IMG/VR virus record: IMGVR_UViG_3300047159_000040
Span: 1 to 64,000 of that record
Reading direction: 5' to 3' (one strand)
DNA: 64,000 nucleotides
Origin: a virus
Taxonomy: Duplodnaviria; Caudoviricetes
The notes beneath the pieces were generated by a model. It was not told the DNA's origin, made no database searches, and saw only the letters and a list, made by a program, of their open reading frames with translations. How positions within the stretch are numbered: position 1 is the stretch's first letter; the number at the start of each line of letters is the position of its first letter. Position numbers and translations under genes: made by a program. Shown piece after piece: positions 31,901 to 41,263 of the stretch.

Positions 31901-34900
31901 ATCCGAGATATGATTGGCTAAATTAGTCTGGATGCTCGATATCTGAGTCGCGTTGGACGAAACGTTGGAATTAGTTTGCTTCTCAGCTGCCAAAGCCCTT
32001 GCCGATTCCGTTGATATGGCGGAAGCATTGGCGTCGATAGACGACTGAAGCGCATTGTCTCTTGACAGTCTGGCGGCTGACTCATCGGAGTCGGCTTTGT
32101 TAAGCGCAGTTACTTTGGTGTCGATCTCGGTTTTGGTGTAGGCGTCGGTGATTCCGAATCCGGAAACGGTGGTCGGTTTCGATGCCAAGTTGGCGAACGT
32201 CGTGTTATGAGGGTTGGTTCCGTCGGTGATCTGGCTGTGGGCGAACGCCGTTAGATCAAGATGCTTGTACGTCGAGTCTGTGTGAGACCAGTAGTATGCG
32301 TCTGATTTGCTAAGATCAACGTAGATGTAGTGGATGTCTCCGGCATCGACGCCCTGATCGTTCTTTGGGAAATCCGATCTTGTGGCATATTGGAATAATC
32401 CGCTCCAAGCGTGAGTAGTCGTGAGAGCAGAGCTTATCGCTGCGGCCTTGGCTGCGTCGACGTATGCTTTTACGACGCTGTTTTGAACAGGATTATACGA
32501 GGCATCGGACATGGCCTTATCGACAGCCACGATTCCGACTGACGTGTCGGTGGCGCGATTGAAGGTGAATGTCAGATCGTTTCCTATCTTAGCGTTTTCG
32601 GCATTGACTAGATGGAGCCCTATCTTGTAATAATAGTTATAGATAGTCCCATCGGATCTTGTGTCATATCCCGTCTGAGTTCCGCCGAAATCGGCTAAGT
32701 CGATCGGAACGTACTTCTCCAATCCGCCGCTGGTTACTGGATTGGCCGAGTCCTTTGTAGGAGTCGCATCGAAAGTAAGATTATTCTGTTTGCTGCTCTG
32801 AAGATTCGCTATGTCTGAGTCATTTGAAGCGATGTTGTCTGCATTTACTTTCTCGGCGGCTTTGGCTCTGGATATCTCGTTGGCGATATCGGTTCTATTG
32901 GTGGAGATATCGGATTCGTTCTTGGTGACTCTGGTCTCAAGGGAGGTGGCTCTGCTGGCATTGCTTTGCGATCTTGAATCGGTCGTGATTAGCTCATTGA
33001 CGAAGTCTTTGCTCATCAAGCCATCGTTGGTTGTCGTCGCCAGCTGCACATCGTGGCCAAGATCATCCCACGACGATCCGTTCCAGACGTAATCGACGTT
33101 TGTGGCTGTGGTTCCGGAAACGCCGTCTGAAGAGCTTCCGTCATTCTCGACGGTTTCTACGACATAGACGTCTCCTACAGACATCCCGGTCAAGGCAAGC
33201 AAAGCTGCGTATGTGCTTACTTTTCCTCTGTATGTATAGGCGATGGCGGCTTTGTCGGCCACCGCTTTGAGCTGGGTATCAAGCGCCAGTATCGAAGTCT
33301 GAACGTTCGATTTTGATTTGTCTGAATCTGTAGGAAGATAGTTGCTTCCTGAATTGCTGACAGCGATATCCGCGGCAGTCAGGGAATTTATTTTATTTTC
33401 CAGATCGGTGTCTTTATTTGCTCTCGCGGTCTGCTCGTTGTCTATCCTGACGCCTAGCGCATTGTCCGCCGAGACTCTGCTATTCGTCTCCGTGGCGATA
33501 TTCGAGGCGTTCTTTGAGATATTGGAAGCATTGGCTGAGATATTTGCGGCGTTGGTTTGCTCAGCGGCTCTGGCTGTCGACGCCTCGCTCTCAAGCGACG
33601 ACTGCAAAGAGTCATCCTTGGCTTTGCGTGCGGCAGCTTCCGTTTTATCGGCGGAGTCTCTGGCTGTGGTCTCAGCCGTTAGGGCGCTGATGGTGTCGGC
33701 TGCGGTAGTGTCTATTCTCTCCAGAATAGAGGATATCTTATTGATGGTCTGCTGAACATTCTCTGAACTGTAGAGAAGGTAATCCTCAACGACATTTCCA
33801 GACTCATCGGTCGTGTAGTTATTGGCATAGATCTGAGAAGCGCTGAGCGCATTCATATGCGTCCAGATGGCATTGTCATTCGTCTCTCGAGTCTTGGCTT
33901 CGGTGCTGATATCGGTGAGAAGCTCTTGTCTCTTGATTGAGATATCGTCGCTAAGATCCTTCTTTAGGATCGTGTCTTGGCTGTCGGCATATGCTCTTGA
34001 GTTTGTTTCAGACGTATCGGTGTACGCCTTAAGCTCGGTTCTCAATGAATTATCGGCATTGGCTCTGTTGGTCGCCTCTGACGTGATGTCAGAAGATATT
34101 GATTTAATGGCTGCCGCGTTTACCAAGACATCGACTTTTATGTCATTTTCATTGGCTCTGGCCAGACTGGCTTCGGCATCGAGATTCGATTTAGCGGTGG
34201 TCGCATAAGACTCATCTTGCTGATCAACGTATTTCTTGGCAGTAACAAGAGAAGCGCTAGCCGATGCGTCGGTATATGACTTCGATGACGCCAGGTTGGC
34301 ATCGCTGTAAGCTTCGGCGGTTATGATGGTTTCGGCATCGGCTTGAATGCGGGCGGTCTTTTCTGAAGATACCGCAGCCGCGGCAGCCGATTCAACGCTG
34401 GCTATCGAAGAGTTTATAGTATCGAGAGCCGCGGTAAGCTTGGCAATCGTCGATTCCTCGAGAGTGCTTATGCTTCCGGTTCCTTCGCTCCAGATAGCTG
34501 CGACCTTGGCTATGGTCTCGGCTTGGGTTGCTGATAGAAGGCTTGAATTGGTAAGGTATTTCTTGACATCAGATCTCGTCGCTTCGATGGTCTCGGCAAT
34601 GCTGTCAGCGGAGATCGATCCGTTGGTCTTATTGGCGGCAAGCTCGGCTTTGTAGATGGCGTAATACTGCTTGAAGTACTGCTCGTATATGCGCTTGAAG
34701 TTAAGTACTTTCGATACCTGGGTCTTATAGTCGTCGTTAGTGAAGGCGATGTTATAGTCGGTAAGGATGTCCTTGGCGGCGAGTTCCTCTATCTTGGCGT
34801 TGATCTCAGTCTCAGACGTCACCTCAGCCGAAAGAGGCGAGTCGGCGTTTGATCGCAGTTCAGCGACCATCGCATCGAAATCATAGACGTATTTGTCAGT

Positions 34901-34996
34901 GAACGTTAAAGACACGGACGAAGTAGCGGCCGTCGTTTCAGTGGTTGTCGTAGTAGCGGAAGACTTCAATCCGGTGGTGCCTAACTTCAATGACAT
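28976..34996 (-). CDS. giant (2006 aa) tail fibre / adhesin protein
   Basis: Coiled-coil ExxxRxxAD repeats; HSQxTxGxNPHxxTFxx..PTTxxGxxIxDAYTK x3; YxGxV..GDVYxV..NVDYVWNGxxWDxLG x2; KVPQAYLPSYVDDVIEG. Late motif at 35027-35039. Confidence 0.85.
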   Translation of the reverse strand: MSLKLGTTGLKSSATTTTTETTAATSSVSLTFTDKYVYDFDAMVAELRSNADSPLSAEVTSETEINAKIEELAAKDILTDYNIAFTNDDYKTQVSKVLNFKRIYEQYFKQYYAIYKAELAANKTNGSISADSIAETIEATRSDVKKYLTNSSLLSATQAETIAKVAAIWSEGTGSISTLEESTIAKLTAALDTINSSIASVESAAAAAVSSEKTARIQADAETIITAEAYSDANLASSKSYTDASASASLVTAKKYVDQQDESYATTAKSNLDAEASLARANENDIKVDVLVNAAAIKSISSDITSEATNRANADNSLRTELKAYTDTSETNSRAYADSQDTILKKDLSDDISIKRQELLTDISTEAKTRETNDNAIWTHMNALSASQIYANNYTTDESGNVVEDYLLYSSENVQQTINKISSILERIDTTAADTISALTAETTARDSADKTEAAARKAKDDSLQSSLESEASTARAAEQTNAANISANASNISKNASNIATETNSRVSADNALGVRIDNEQTARANKDTDLENKINSLTAADIAVSNSGSNYLPTDSDKSKSNVQTSILALDTQLKAVADKAAIAYTYRGKVSTYAALLALTGMSVGDVYVVETVENDGSSSDGVSGTTATNVDYVWNGSSWDDLGHDVQLATTTNDGLMSKDFVNELITTDSRSQSNASRATSLETRVTKNESDISTNRTDIANEISRAKAAEKVNADNIASNDSDIANLQSSKQNNLTFDATPTKDSANPVTSGGLEKYVPIDLADFGGTQTGYDTRSDGTIYNYYYKIGLHLVNAENAKIGNDLTFTFNRATDTSVGIVAVDKAMSDASYNPVQNSVVKAYVDAAKAAAISSALTTTHAWSGLFQYATRSDFPKNDQGVDAGDIHYIYVDLSKSDAYYWSHTDSTYKHLDLTAFAHSQITDGTNPHNTTFANLASKPTTVSGFGITDAYTKTEIDTKVTALNKADSDESAARLSRDNALQSSIDANASAISTESARALAAEKQTNSNVSSNATQISSIQTNLANHISDQNTTNNTFASEIATNVSAISDETTRAKGVESSISSRIDNLSAVNVAASNTGSHYIASDTNVQSSLTQLDSDVYALSQSASKIFNYKGSVDYASGLPTGATLGDVYNVKYLSDKDESGNPVESNVDYVWNGTAWDSLGSTVGLASTTQDGLMTKKMVSRLGDVENVASTNSAKIANEITRATDAEATKLPINGGTMKGSITMTASHGYDYDASVFVKWSEMNNFAPEIGYDTLLAGGTAFVISINGDTDHAKGLAFMSDGGLYWKSSRVLTTLDLNANEIAIPSTLSLNYIAAPFNVENAIKSLDTEAKTLEGSITTSMNSAIDSAKGYADSKAASLTTAYETYADTKKSEAISSANSYTDTASATTKTNYEAYANARVVLVSSYSELASMSSPDSNAVYITKDTWNAYRYYTTDSTFKIIGKTAYDHSQITDGTNPHKTTFANIASKPTTVAGFGITDAYTKTETDSNVATAKASAISTAASDATSKANAAKSGAETDIKNLVGSAATANSSGSWGIAPLGTDAKVPQAYLPSYVDDVIEGYLSENKFYSDSSHTAEVSGETGKIYVDLNTSKTYRWSGSTFAVISETLALGETSSTAYAGDKGAANATAIANLQTAVSGKQKTLVFDTSFISGNADHVVSSDTLYNLVGVKITLGSASYGSSTVSWPINLVNTANANLSSATLSLSQATASSLGVVYVDAVMSTTSTNPVQNKVAKAYADNINTAIQGQIGSTTHTDANSNVIKGIAQLSSSGKLVDEEVPTDFSKTYWVDAYADLPAGGSGTDRLYIAGKGLYRYTGTSYVPLAPELGELSTNAYYGDKGKIAYDHSQTTSGNPHKVTFSDVYTASSAAAPTTLSGYHISDAYTKALSDSKFLAKVGGEMTGAITIAAGDGKGIVFKDTTSDINIGSQTIFGFVSNATVSSSYKSLTVNDWGYPLVFRGALDHPYYSANGSQASYTEIPLKSDIDNMIVDLT

Positions 34997-35136
34997 GTAT
35001 GAATCCTCTTAACGAAATACGCGTTGATAATCAATTGTTCAAGACGACCAGATTCCAACGAGCCAAATCAAGAATTTGATATTTGGGCGAGAATAAGAAT
35101 ATATGATTTATCAAATAACAAGGAGGCATACAAGGT

Positions 35137-35265
35137 ATGCTAAAGAAAGATTCTAGCAGATACGACTGGTTAGACAATACGTCTAATCCAAAGTTGGCGG
35201 AGGCTTATTGCCGTCGTCAGCAGAATCAGAATACTAAAATCAACGAGGCCGTGAAGGCCAAGTAA
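35137..35265 (+). CDS. 42-aa small protein
   Basis: Below the ORF-track cutoff. RBS AAGGAGG at 35120; product MLKKDSSRYDWLDNTSNPKLAEAYCRRQQNQNTKINEAVKAK; terminator hairpin at ~35270-35300. Confidence 0.55.
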   Translation: MLKKDSSRYDWLDNTSNPKLAEAYCRRQQNQNTKINEAVKAK

Positions 35266-35320
35266 AAAGAAAGGTCCTGACGCAAGCCAGGATCTTTTTT
35301 TTATTTTCCGGACTGACGGA

Positions 35321-35509
35321 TCAAATCTTCTTAGACAGCCAGATTTGACCGATGGCCGGATTGTCTGGATTGGGGTTCTCCCCATCGGAGTACTCATGAA
35401 CCTGAGCCACGAGAGGAGCCGTCGAATTGAGACGAGATCCCGCCTTGATCTGATCGAGATTGTAAGTAGTCCCTGGGGTTCCTTTGATTCCGATAGTTCT
35501 TTTTGCCAT
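35321..35509 (-). CDS. small virion-associated protein
   Basis: 62 aa, coupled to 35511..36524, with a PDNPAIGQIWL motif of the kind seen in fibre-associated proteins. Confidence 0.65.
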   Translation of the reverse strand: MAKRTIGIKGTPGTTYNLDQIKAGSRLNSTAPLVAQVHEYSDGENPNPDNPAIGQIWLSKKI

Positions 35510-35510
35510 T

Positions 35511-36524
35511 TTACATGACCTTCCTGATAATGATCATTAATCTTCCGTCTATGTTCGACGGATCTACTTTCTTGCCCGTCCAGTCGACGAGAGAGAACTT
35601 GACGTATCCTGCTTTCATCGTATTATCCGAGACGTCAGACGAAACCGATGTTATCGAATATCCTGAGAATCTGTTGTATCCCACGATCTTATTCGTGTTG
35701 ATCTGAACCTCAAACTTGGGCTCAGCCATCGAATCCCCTAGAACGTCATTCTGAGCATCCCTCTCAATGGAGAATTCCATGAGCTTGGTGTCATAGAAGC
35801 ACTGGATTCCCGCTCCGCTTATCTTTGGGAGCTCGACCCATCTTAGCTTAGTCCCGGTATTCTTGCAAACAGGCTTTGCCTCATATATCCCATACGCGGC
35901 TACCTTGAGAGTGGCTATTCCGATCATCTCAGACGGATCTTCTTCTTCGGATTCGCTCGGACCGACCTCTACCTCTATTTCCTCTATGACTATGCTTGAT
36001 ATGGCGATCTTTCCGCAAGTGAAATAGAGCATTGCCTCAGTTCCATAAGATCTGAACACTCCATGGCATGCGACGGTCTCATAAGTCCCGGACAGGTCCC
36101 TCTTAAGGACAAGATCGTTGACGTCATTTGAAACAGTGATGCTGCGATCATTGGTTATCTCGATGGGAAGATTGGTCTTGCCGGCGTCCTTAGCTTTGAC
36201 CGTCAGCTGGTAGAACGTTCCTTTCTTTAGACCAAGGATATCGAAATTGAAGGTAAGCATGTCAGGCTCGAAATTAGGAGAGTTGTAAATGCTTCCGCCA
36301 TCCTCGACTGAATAGAACATTCCCTTTCCCATGTATCCGCCAGGGGTGACGATGGCTTTGGTGGTGTCGGTCGTCTTGAAAGAGGTCGTGAATTCGCTGA
36401 TTCCGTTTCTGATTGAGAACTCGTCCTTGTCTTCAAGGACGCAGTTCGAGAAATTCATATTATAGATAGTCTGCGTGATCTTCTTGACTTGTGAGGCCGT
36501 TTCTTTATCGTTCATGTTTATCAC
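35511..36524 (-). CDS. hypothetical beta-rich protein (probably structural)
   Basis: 337-aa ORF in a tightly coupled operon behind a late motif. Confidence 0.75.
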   Translation of the reverse strand: MINMNDKETASQVKKITQTIYNMNFSNCVLEDKDEFSIRNGISEFTTSFKTTDTTKAIVTPGGYMGKGMFYSVEDGGSIYNSPNFEPDMLTFNFDILGLKKGTFYQLTVKAKDAGKTNLPIEITNDRSITVSNDVNDLVLKRDLSGTYETVACHGVFRSYGTEAMLYFTCGKIAISSIVIEEIEVEVGPSESEEEDPSEMIGIATLKVAAYGIYEAKPVCKNTGTKLRWVELPKISGAGIQCFYDTKLMEFSIERDAQNDVLGDSMAEPKFEVQINTNKIVGYNRFSGYSITSVSSDVSDNTMKAGYVKFSLVDWTGKKVDPSNIDGRLMIIIRKVM

Positions 36525-36525
36525 C

Positions 36526-38082
36526 TCACTTCATATACAGCTGATTCTTATGCACGACCACGCCTCGGATGACGTTTCCTTCCGGAACGGTCAAGCGAAG
36601 GGTTATCTGCGATGAAGGAGATTGCTGCAGCATTTTGATGACGTGCCTGGTCTCTTTTTTGTCGGATGATTGAAGGACTAGATGGAGAGTAGGCTCGATG
36701 ATGACATCGTTTTCGTCGTAGAACTCAAGCCCTTCTCCTCCCTCTCCGTCAACCATGACGTCGATGTTGTTGCATGGAGTCTCGCTTATTAGCATCGTCA
36801 CGTCGTGGCTAGACGAAAGCTTTGGGATCGAATACTTGACGACGGTTCCTTCGGATATCGCATAGAACGAATCCTTTATCATAAGCATTCCGCTTAGATC
36901 ATATTCTTTGGCTATGATGCTGGCCCCGATCGTTCCGTCAGGGTTTCCGGCGAGTATGCGATCTTTGATGCTAAACCAGAATTTATTGTCGTATACGCTG
37001 AAGAACCCGAGGTCATCATACTCAGCGGATATTCCATACTGGTCGTATATGACCTCTGATGGGGCTTGGCCAGGAAGGTCGAGATTGTATTCCCATACGA
37101 ACGGAGATCCGTTCTTTACTCCCAATATCCAGGCATATCTGCCATTATTGCAGAGATATTTAGCCTGATACGCGAAGTCTTCCTTGGCAGGATGCGTAAT
37201 CGGATCAAGCAATTCTAGCCCAGCTCCGGCGGCGTCCTTTTTCCACACGTGAAGAATGCGACCATTCTGGCAAGGGCTGTATGATCTTCCAAGAACCGCG
37301 AATCCGACGTATCCTATCTTCTGCATGGCGATAGGAAGCTGATATCCGGATCTTCTAAGGCAATCGTATGACGCGTACTTGCATCCGGTCTCGAAGTCAC
37401 CGATGATGACCCCGTCTCTGTTGTCAGAAACCGTTATGGCGACTTTTCCGTCTCCGAGATCCTTGATTCCGATGACGTTCGGGATCTGGAACTTAAGCTC
37501 GTATAAGTCTATCGTAGGATCGAAATAGAACACTCCGTCAGATTCGGTTGCGATAAGGAACCCGCTTCCATGGGAATCGAAGTCTGATATCGAATTAGAA
37601 TCCGACACCGCTCTTTGGAACTTGTCTTTGATGGCGGTAACCGCCTGAACCGTAGAGACAAGCTTTCCGGTGGATACCTCGATCTTAGAGACGCTTCCGT
37701 CCTCGCTGAGAGCGAGAATGAATCCATCGTCCGACAATTTGATCTTGGTTATCTTCGAATCAGGGACGAACACGATGTCGGCATTCGATTCCATAGCCGC
37801 CGATGGGAAGAAGCTTGGCTTCGATTCCCCGACGATCATCTGGCGGTCAAACGCGGACATGTAATCTATATCCGATCTCAAAAGATGCTTCAGCATTCCG
37901 GCAATCTCGTCGGCTTTGTACACCGTGCGCATGAAGGACTCGTTTACGTATCTAGTCGAGAAAGCGGTGCCGTTGTAGCAGACTATGCCGCCAAGATCAG
38001 GGCTGTACCCAGCCTTGAGATTCTCGAACTGATTGAGCTTGTCGATGACTTTCTGGTCAAGCTCTTTTTCCTGAACCTTCAT
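36526..38082 (-). CDS. beta-propeller-like protein
   Basis: 518 aa with repeated blade-like segments (ITKIKLSDDGFILALSEDGSVSKIE; ISDFDSHGSGFLIATESDGVFYFD). Late motif at 38104-38116. Confidence 0.7.
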   Translation of the reverse strand: MKVQEKELDQKVIDKLNQFENLKAGYSPDLGGIVCYNGTAFSTRYVNESFMRTVYKADEIAGMLKHLLRSDIDYMSAFDRQMIVGESKPSFFPSAAMESNADIVFVPDSKITKIKLSDDGFILALSEDGSVSKIEVSTGKLVSTVQAVTAIKDKFQRAVSDSNSISDFDSHGSGFLIATESDGVFYFDPTIDLYELKFQIPNVIGIKDLGDGKVAITVSDNRDGVIIGDFETGCKYASYDCLRRSGYQLPIAMQKIGYVGFAVLGRSYSPCQNGRILHVWKKDAAGAGLELLDPITHPAKEDFAYQAKYLCNNGRYAWILGVKNGSPFVWEYNLDLPGQAPSEVIYDQYGISAEYDDLGFFSVYDNKFWFSIKDRILAGNPDGTIGASIIAKEYDLSGMLMIKDSFYAISEGTVVKYSIPKLSSSHDVTMLISETPCNNIDVMVDGEGGEGLEFYDENDVIIEPTLHLVLQSSDKKETRHVIKMLQQSPSSQITLRLTVPEGNVIRGVVVHKNQLYMK

Positions 38083-38187
38083 TTATAGCGCCTCGATGAA
38101 TGCATAATCAATTGTTCGAGAGGCTATATCAGGCCAAATCTGGGATTTATTTATTTTTTTCCGCGATGGCGGCTCAAACAACCGATT

Positions 38188-38682
38188 ATGGCAACAAAAA
38201 CACACAATCCATCAGTTACTAAGACAATTACTATACAGTTCGACACCGAGCCAATAGCTTATGCCCGTGAGAGATTCACCAAGTTCGGAGGAGCCGGGCA
38301 TGGCAGATTCTACAATCCAAGGGCATCCGTCATCGACGCTTACAACAAAGCTGCCAAAGCGATGCTAAGCGACGAAGACCGATCGTTTCTCGATGCGCTG
38401 ATCAACGACAAAGCCGCTGACTATCAGCTAGAGATCAGCGGAAAGTTTTACGTTGCCATCCCTAAATCAGCTCCTGAGTGGAAGAAGAAGCTTATGGAGG
38501 ATGGCAGCATCCGCCCTTGCATCAGGCCAGACGTCGATAACTTCATAAAGCTCATATTAGACGCCATGCACGGAGTCCTATACGAAGACGATAAGAGAGT
38601 CGTGTCTATCTCATCTAATAAATTCTATTCCGAAAGCCCACGAACCGAGCTGACTGTAAAAGTATCGGTGTTTAAGAACTAG
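38188..38682 (+). CDS. rusA: RusA-family Holliday junction resolvase
   Basis: RPDVDNFIKLILDAMHGVLYEDDKRVV matches the RusA catalytic D-x-D-N-x-x-K...D...DD motif. Confidence 0.88.
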   Translation: MATKTHNPSVTKTITIQFDTEPIAYARERFTKFGGAGHGRFYNPRASVIDAYNKAAKAMLSDEDRSFLDALINDKAADYQLEISGKFYVAIPKSAPEWKKKLMEDGSIRPCIRPDVDNFIKLILDAMHGVLYEDDKRVVSISSNKFYSESPRTELTVKVSVFKN

Positions 38683-38723
38683 CCCGCCGATGTTATAATA
38701 TCCGTACGAAAGGACTAAAAATT

Positions 38724-39552
38724 ATGAAAAAGTATTTCTTAATCAGCGATATCCATGGCTTCTATGACGCGATGACCGAGTCATTGACCGAAGCCGGATA
38801 TGACCCAAAAAAACAAAGATCACGTCCTTGTAGTCCTTGGCGATCTCTTCGACAGAGGAGACAACCCCAAGGAGATCAAGGCATACCTTGATGAGATCCC
38901 TGATGAGCGCAAGATCCTCATTCGCGGAAACCACGAGGCTCTTTTCCGTGATCTCATCAGAAGAAAAGCCGTTTATAACATCGATATCTCAAACGGAACG
39001 TTCAGCACTCTCTGCGATTTCTGCGGATATCATGGATGCTATGACTATTTCGACAAAGACCCCAGCATGGGAAAGTTCGCATCGATGTGCGACCAATGCA
39101 AGTGGTATATCGACTGGGTATTCGGAAAAGACTCGAAGTGGGTAAATTATTTCGAGCTTGGTAACTACATCATGGTTCATAGCTGGGTTCCTATCTTAAT
39201 CCCTAACGACGACATGATCTACGACGGAGATCTCATTCTGGCAAGCTACAACCCAGATTGGCGCAAAGCAAGCCAGCATGACTGGGAGATGGCGGCTTGG
39301 GTATGGCCAATCAGAGCCATCTATAAGAAGCTTCTTCCTCCAAAGAAGACCATGATCTTCGGCCACTGGTGCACAAGCGATCTCCATAGCGAGTTCGATG
39401 AGCCTAAGCCGTGCTTTGAAGACAATACCACGTTCGTTGGAAAGAGATGCATCGGACTCGATGCGACAACGGTGGTTAGCGGATATTGCAACGTCGTCGT
39501 ATTAGAGCAGTCCGATGATGGAAAAGTTCGTCGTCTTCCTATCAAAGACTAA
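38724..39552 (+). CDS. calcineurin-like metallophosphoesterase (frameshift in the A7 run 38807-38813)
   Basis: ATG 38724 gives MKKYFLISDIHGFYD (DxH). The next frame carries GDLFDRG, RGNHE, MVHS and FGHW. TGtTATAAT lies upstream. Confidence 0.85.
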
Positions 39553-39589
39553 AAAAGACCTGGCATCGAGCCAGGCCTTTTCTTTTTGA

Positions 39590-41218
39590 TCACATGCTCG
39601 ACTTGATCTGCAGAAGCATTGAATCTAGCTCCGTCTTGCCTATAAGGCTTCGGCTGGCAAGCGTCTCAGACGCCATCCTTAGCTTGGTCTCGAACAAAGC
39701 GTCATCCATAGACATCGTGGAAAGAACGGTGCAGTCGCTGGTATTGGAGGCGTCATCCCCATTATTGAGGCGTTTAAGATCCGAATCGGATATCCCGATT
39801 ATCCCGAAAGCGCCTGACTTGGTTGATATATGCCTGAAGTTGCCATACTTCTTCTTGTTTCCGATGCATAGCGCAAGATAAGAGAACACATCAGGGCTCT
39901 CTGGCTTTTTATTTCCGTGGAGGCCATTGATCGAATTATTCTCTTTTTCGTCTATGACGTCTATCCGGCACAGCATTAGGCTGCGCCTTACTCTCGAAGA
40001 AACGTACACCGAGAATCCTTCGACGAACTTGAATCTTGAGTCTTTCTTGTTCATCAGGGAAACGATCTTATCAACGGTGTCTCTGTTAAAGTAGTAGTTT
40101 GAGTTATCGGACATGGCGTACTTATCGGCGGTGCTAGTGTCAGTATCTACCCTGAACTGAGTGCATATCGATCCTTTGTGCTGATAGAATACCCTGACGA
40201 ATCTGTTCGATCCGCTGAACTCAGTTCCGACTTTGATGGCTACGCATTTATCGACTCCGTTGAGCTTCTTGTAGTATTTGATCTTCTCATTTTTGACTAT
40301 GGCGCGCATGCTTTTAATGACATCGGGAGGGATCAGATCGTATGATCTGTCGTCTATGAGTTTGATCTCATGGAAGTCATCGTCATCCAAGGTTCTAGGG
40401 AACTTCAGCTTGTATATCTCGCAGCTCATCTCAGCCATCGTGCTATACGACCCATGCTGACTGGTGGCGTCTATGGCATAGTCAAAGACAAAAGTGCCTA
40501 ATTCCTTTTTTCTGATGCTGACGTCCTGCCCGACTGAATCTGGTGTTCCGTAGCACATACGACCTTTTGAGAATTCAAGATTGACATATGTTCCGACTAC
40601 GTCATAAAGGCCGGTCGAGAAAATGCTTATGGATGAGGATGAGTTTTCGATATTGAACTTGGCGAATCGGAAATTATTTTTTATTTCATCGAAAAGATGC
40701 TCATCGTTCTTGTGGCATGAGCCGAATGTTATGAGAGAGATGCTGTCCATCCAGCTGATGATTCTGCTCTCAATGAGATCTTCTGACGAGTTGGGATCCT
40801 CGTTGCTTCTTCGATAAAGCATTATCTCAGTCTCTATGACGATCTGACGCATCTGCGATCCTCTGTCAAGATTGGATCTTTCATCCGTGAAGATATTGAC
40901 GATGTTGGTTGGGCATACGATTATGAACGGGTATCTGTCAGCTGATCTGCTGCGGCATGGCATCTCGATCTGATCCGTAAGAAGAAGCGATGCCGGCGTG
41001 GCCGATCCATTGGAAGAGCTGGAGATCATGGACTCGTCATTTTTCTTAGCATCCGACGCGGTATCCTTCAAAGGCGGATACCCATAGCAAAGTATCGCCG
41101 AGTAACTGTATCTGTTGCTCGTCTTGTTGTAGATATATTCCATCAGCTCTGAAGAAGTTATCATATCATCCGTCCTTAGCAACACAAGCATAACATCTTG
41201 AATCGGCATTTGCAACAA
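39590..41218 (-). CDS. hypothetical protein
   Basis: 542-aa ORF with an uncertain start; ends ELDSMLLQIKSSM. Terminator at 39551-39587. Confidence 0.7.
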   Translation of the reverse strand: MLQMPIQDVMLVLLRTDDMITSSELMEYIYNKTSNRYSYSAILCYGYPPLKDTASDAKKNDESMISSSSNGSATPASLLLTDQIEMPCRSRSADRYPFIIVCPTNIVNIFTDERSNLDRGSQMRQIVIETEIMLYRRSNEDPNSSEDLIESRIISWMDSISLITFGSCHKNDEHLFDEIKNNFRFAKFNIENSSSSISIFSTGLYDVVGTYVNLEFSKGRMCYGTPDSVGQDVSIRKKELGTFVFDYAIDATSQHGSYSTMAEMSCEIYKLKFPRTLDDDDFHEIKLIDDRSYDLIPPDVIKSMRAIVKNEKIKYYKKLNGVDKCVAIKVGTEFSGSNRFVRVFYQHKGSICTQFRVDTDTSTADKYAMSDNSNYYFNRDTVDKIVSLMNKKDSRFKFVEGFSVYVSSRVRRSLMLCRIDVIDEKENNSINGLHGNKKPESPDVFSYLALCIGNKKKYGNFRHISTKSGAFGIIGISDSDLKRLNNGDDASNTSDCTVLSTMSMDDALFETKLRMASETLASRSLIGKTELDSMLLQIKSSM

Positions 41219-41263
41219 TACGCAGATACCTTCTGGGGAACTTTCTCACGTCAACAATGAATT

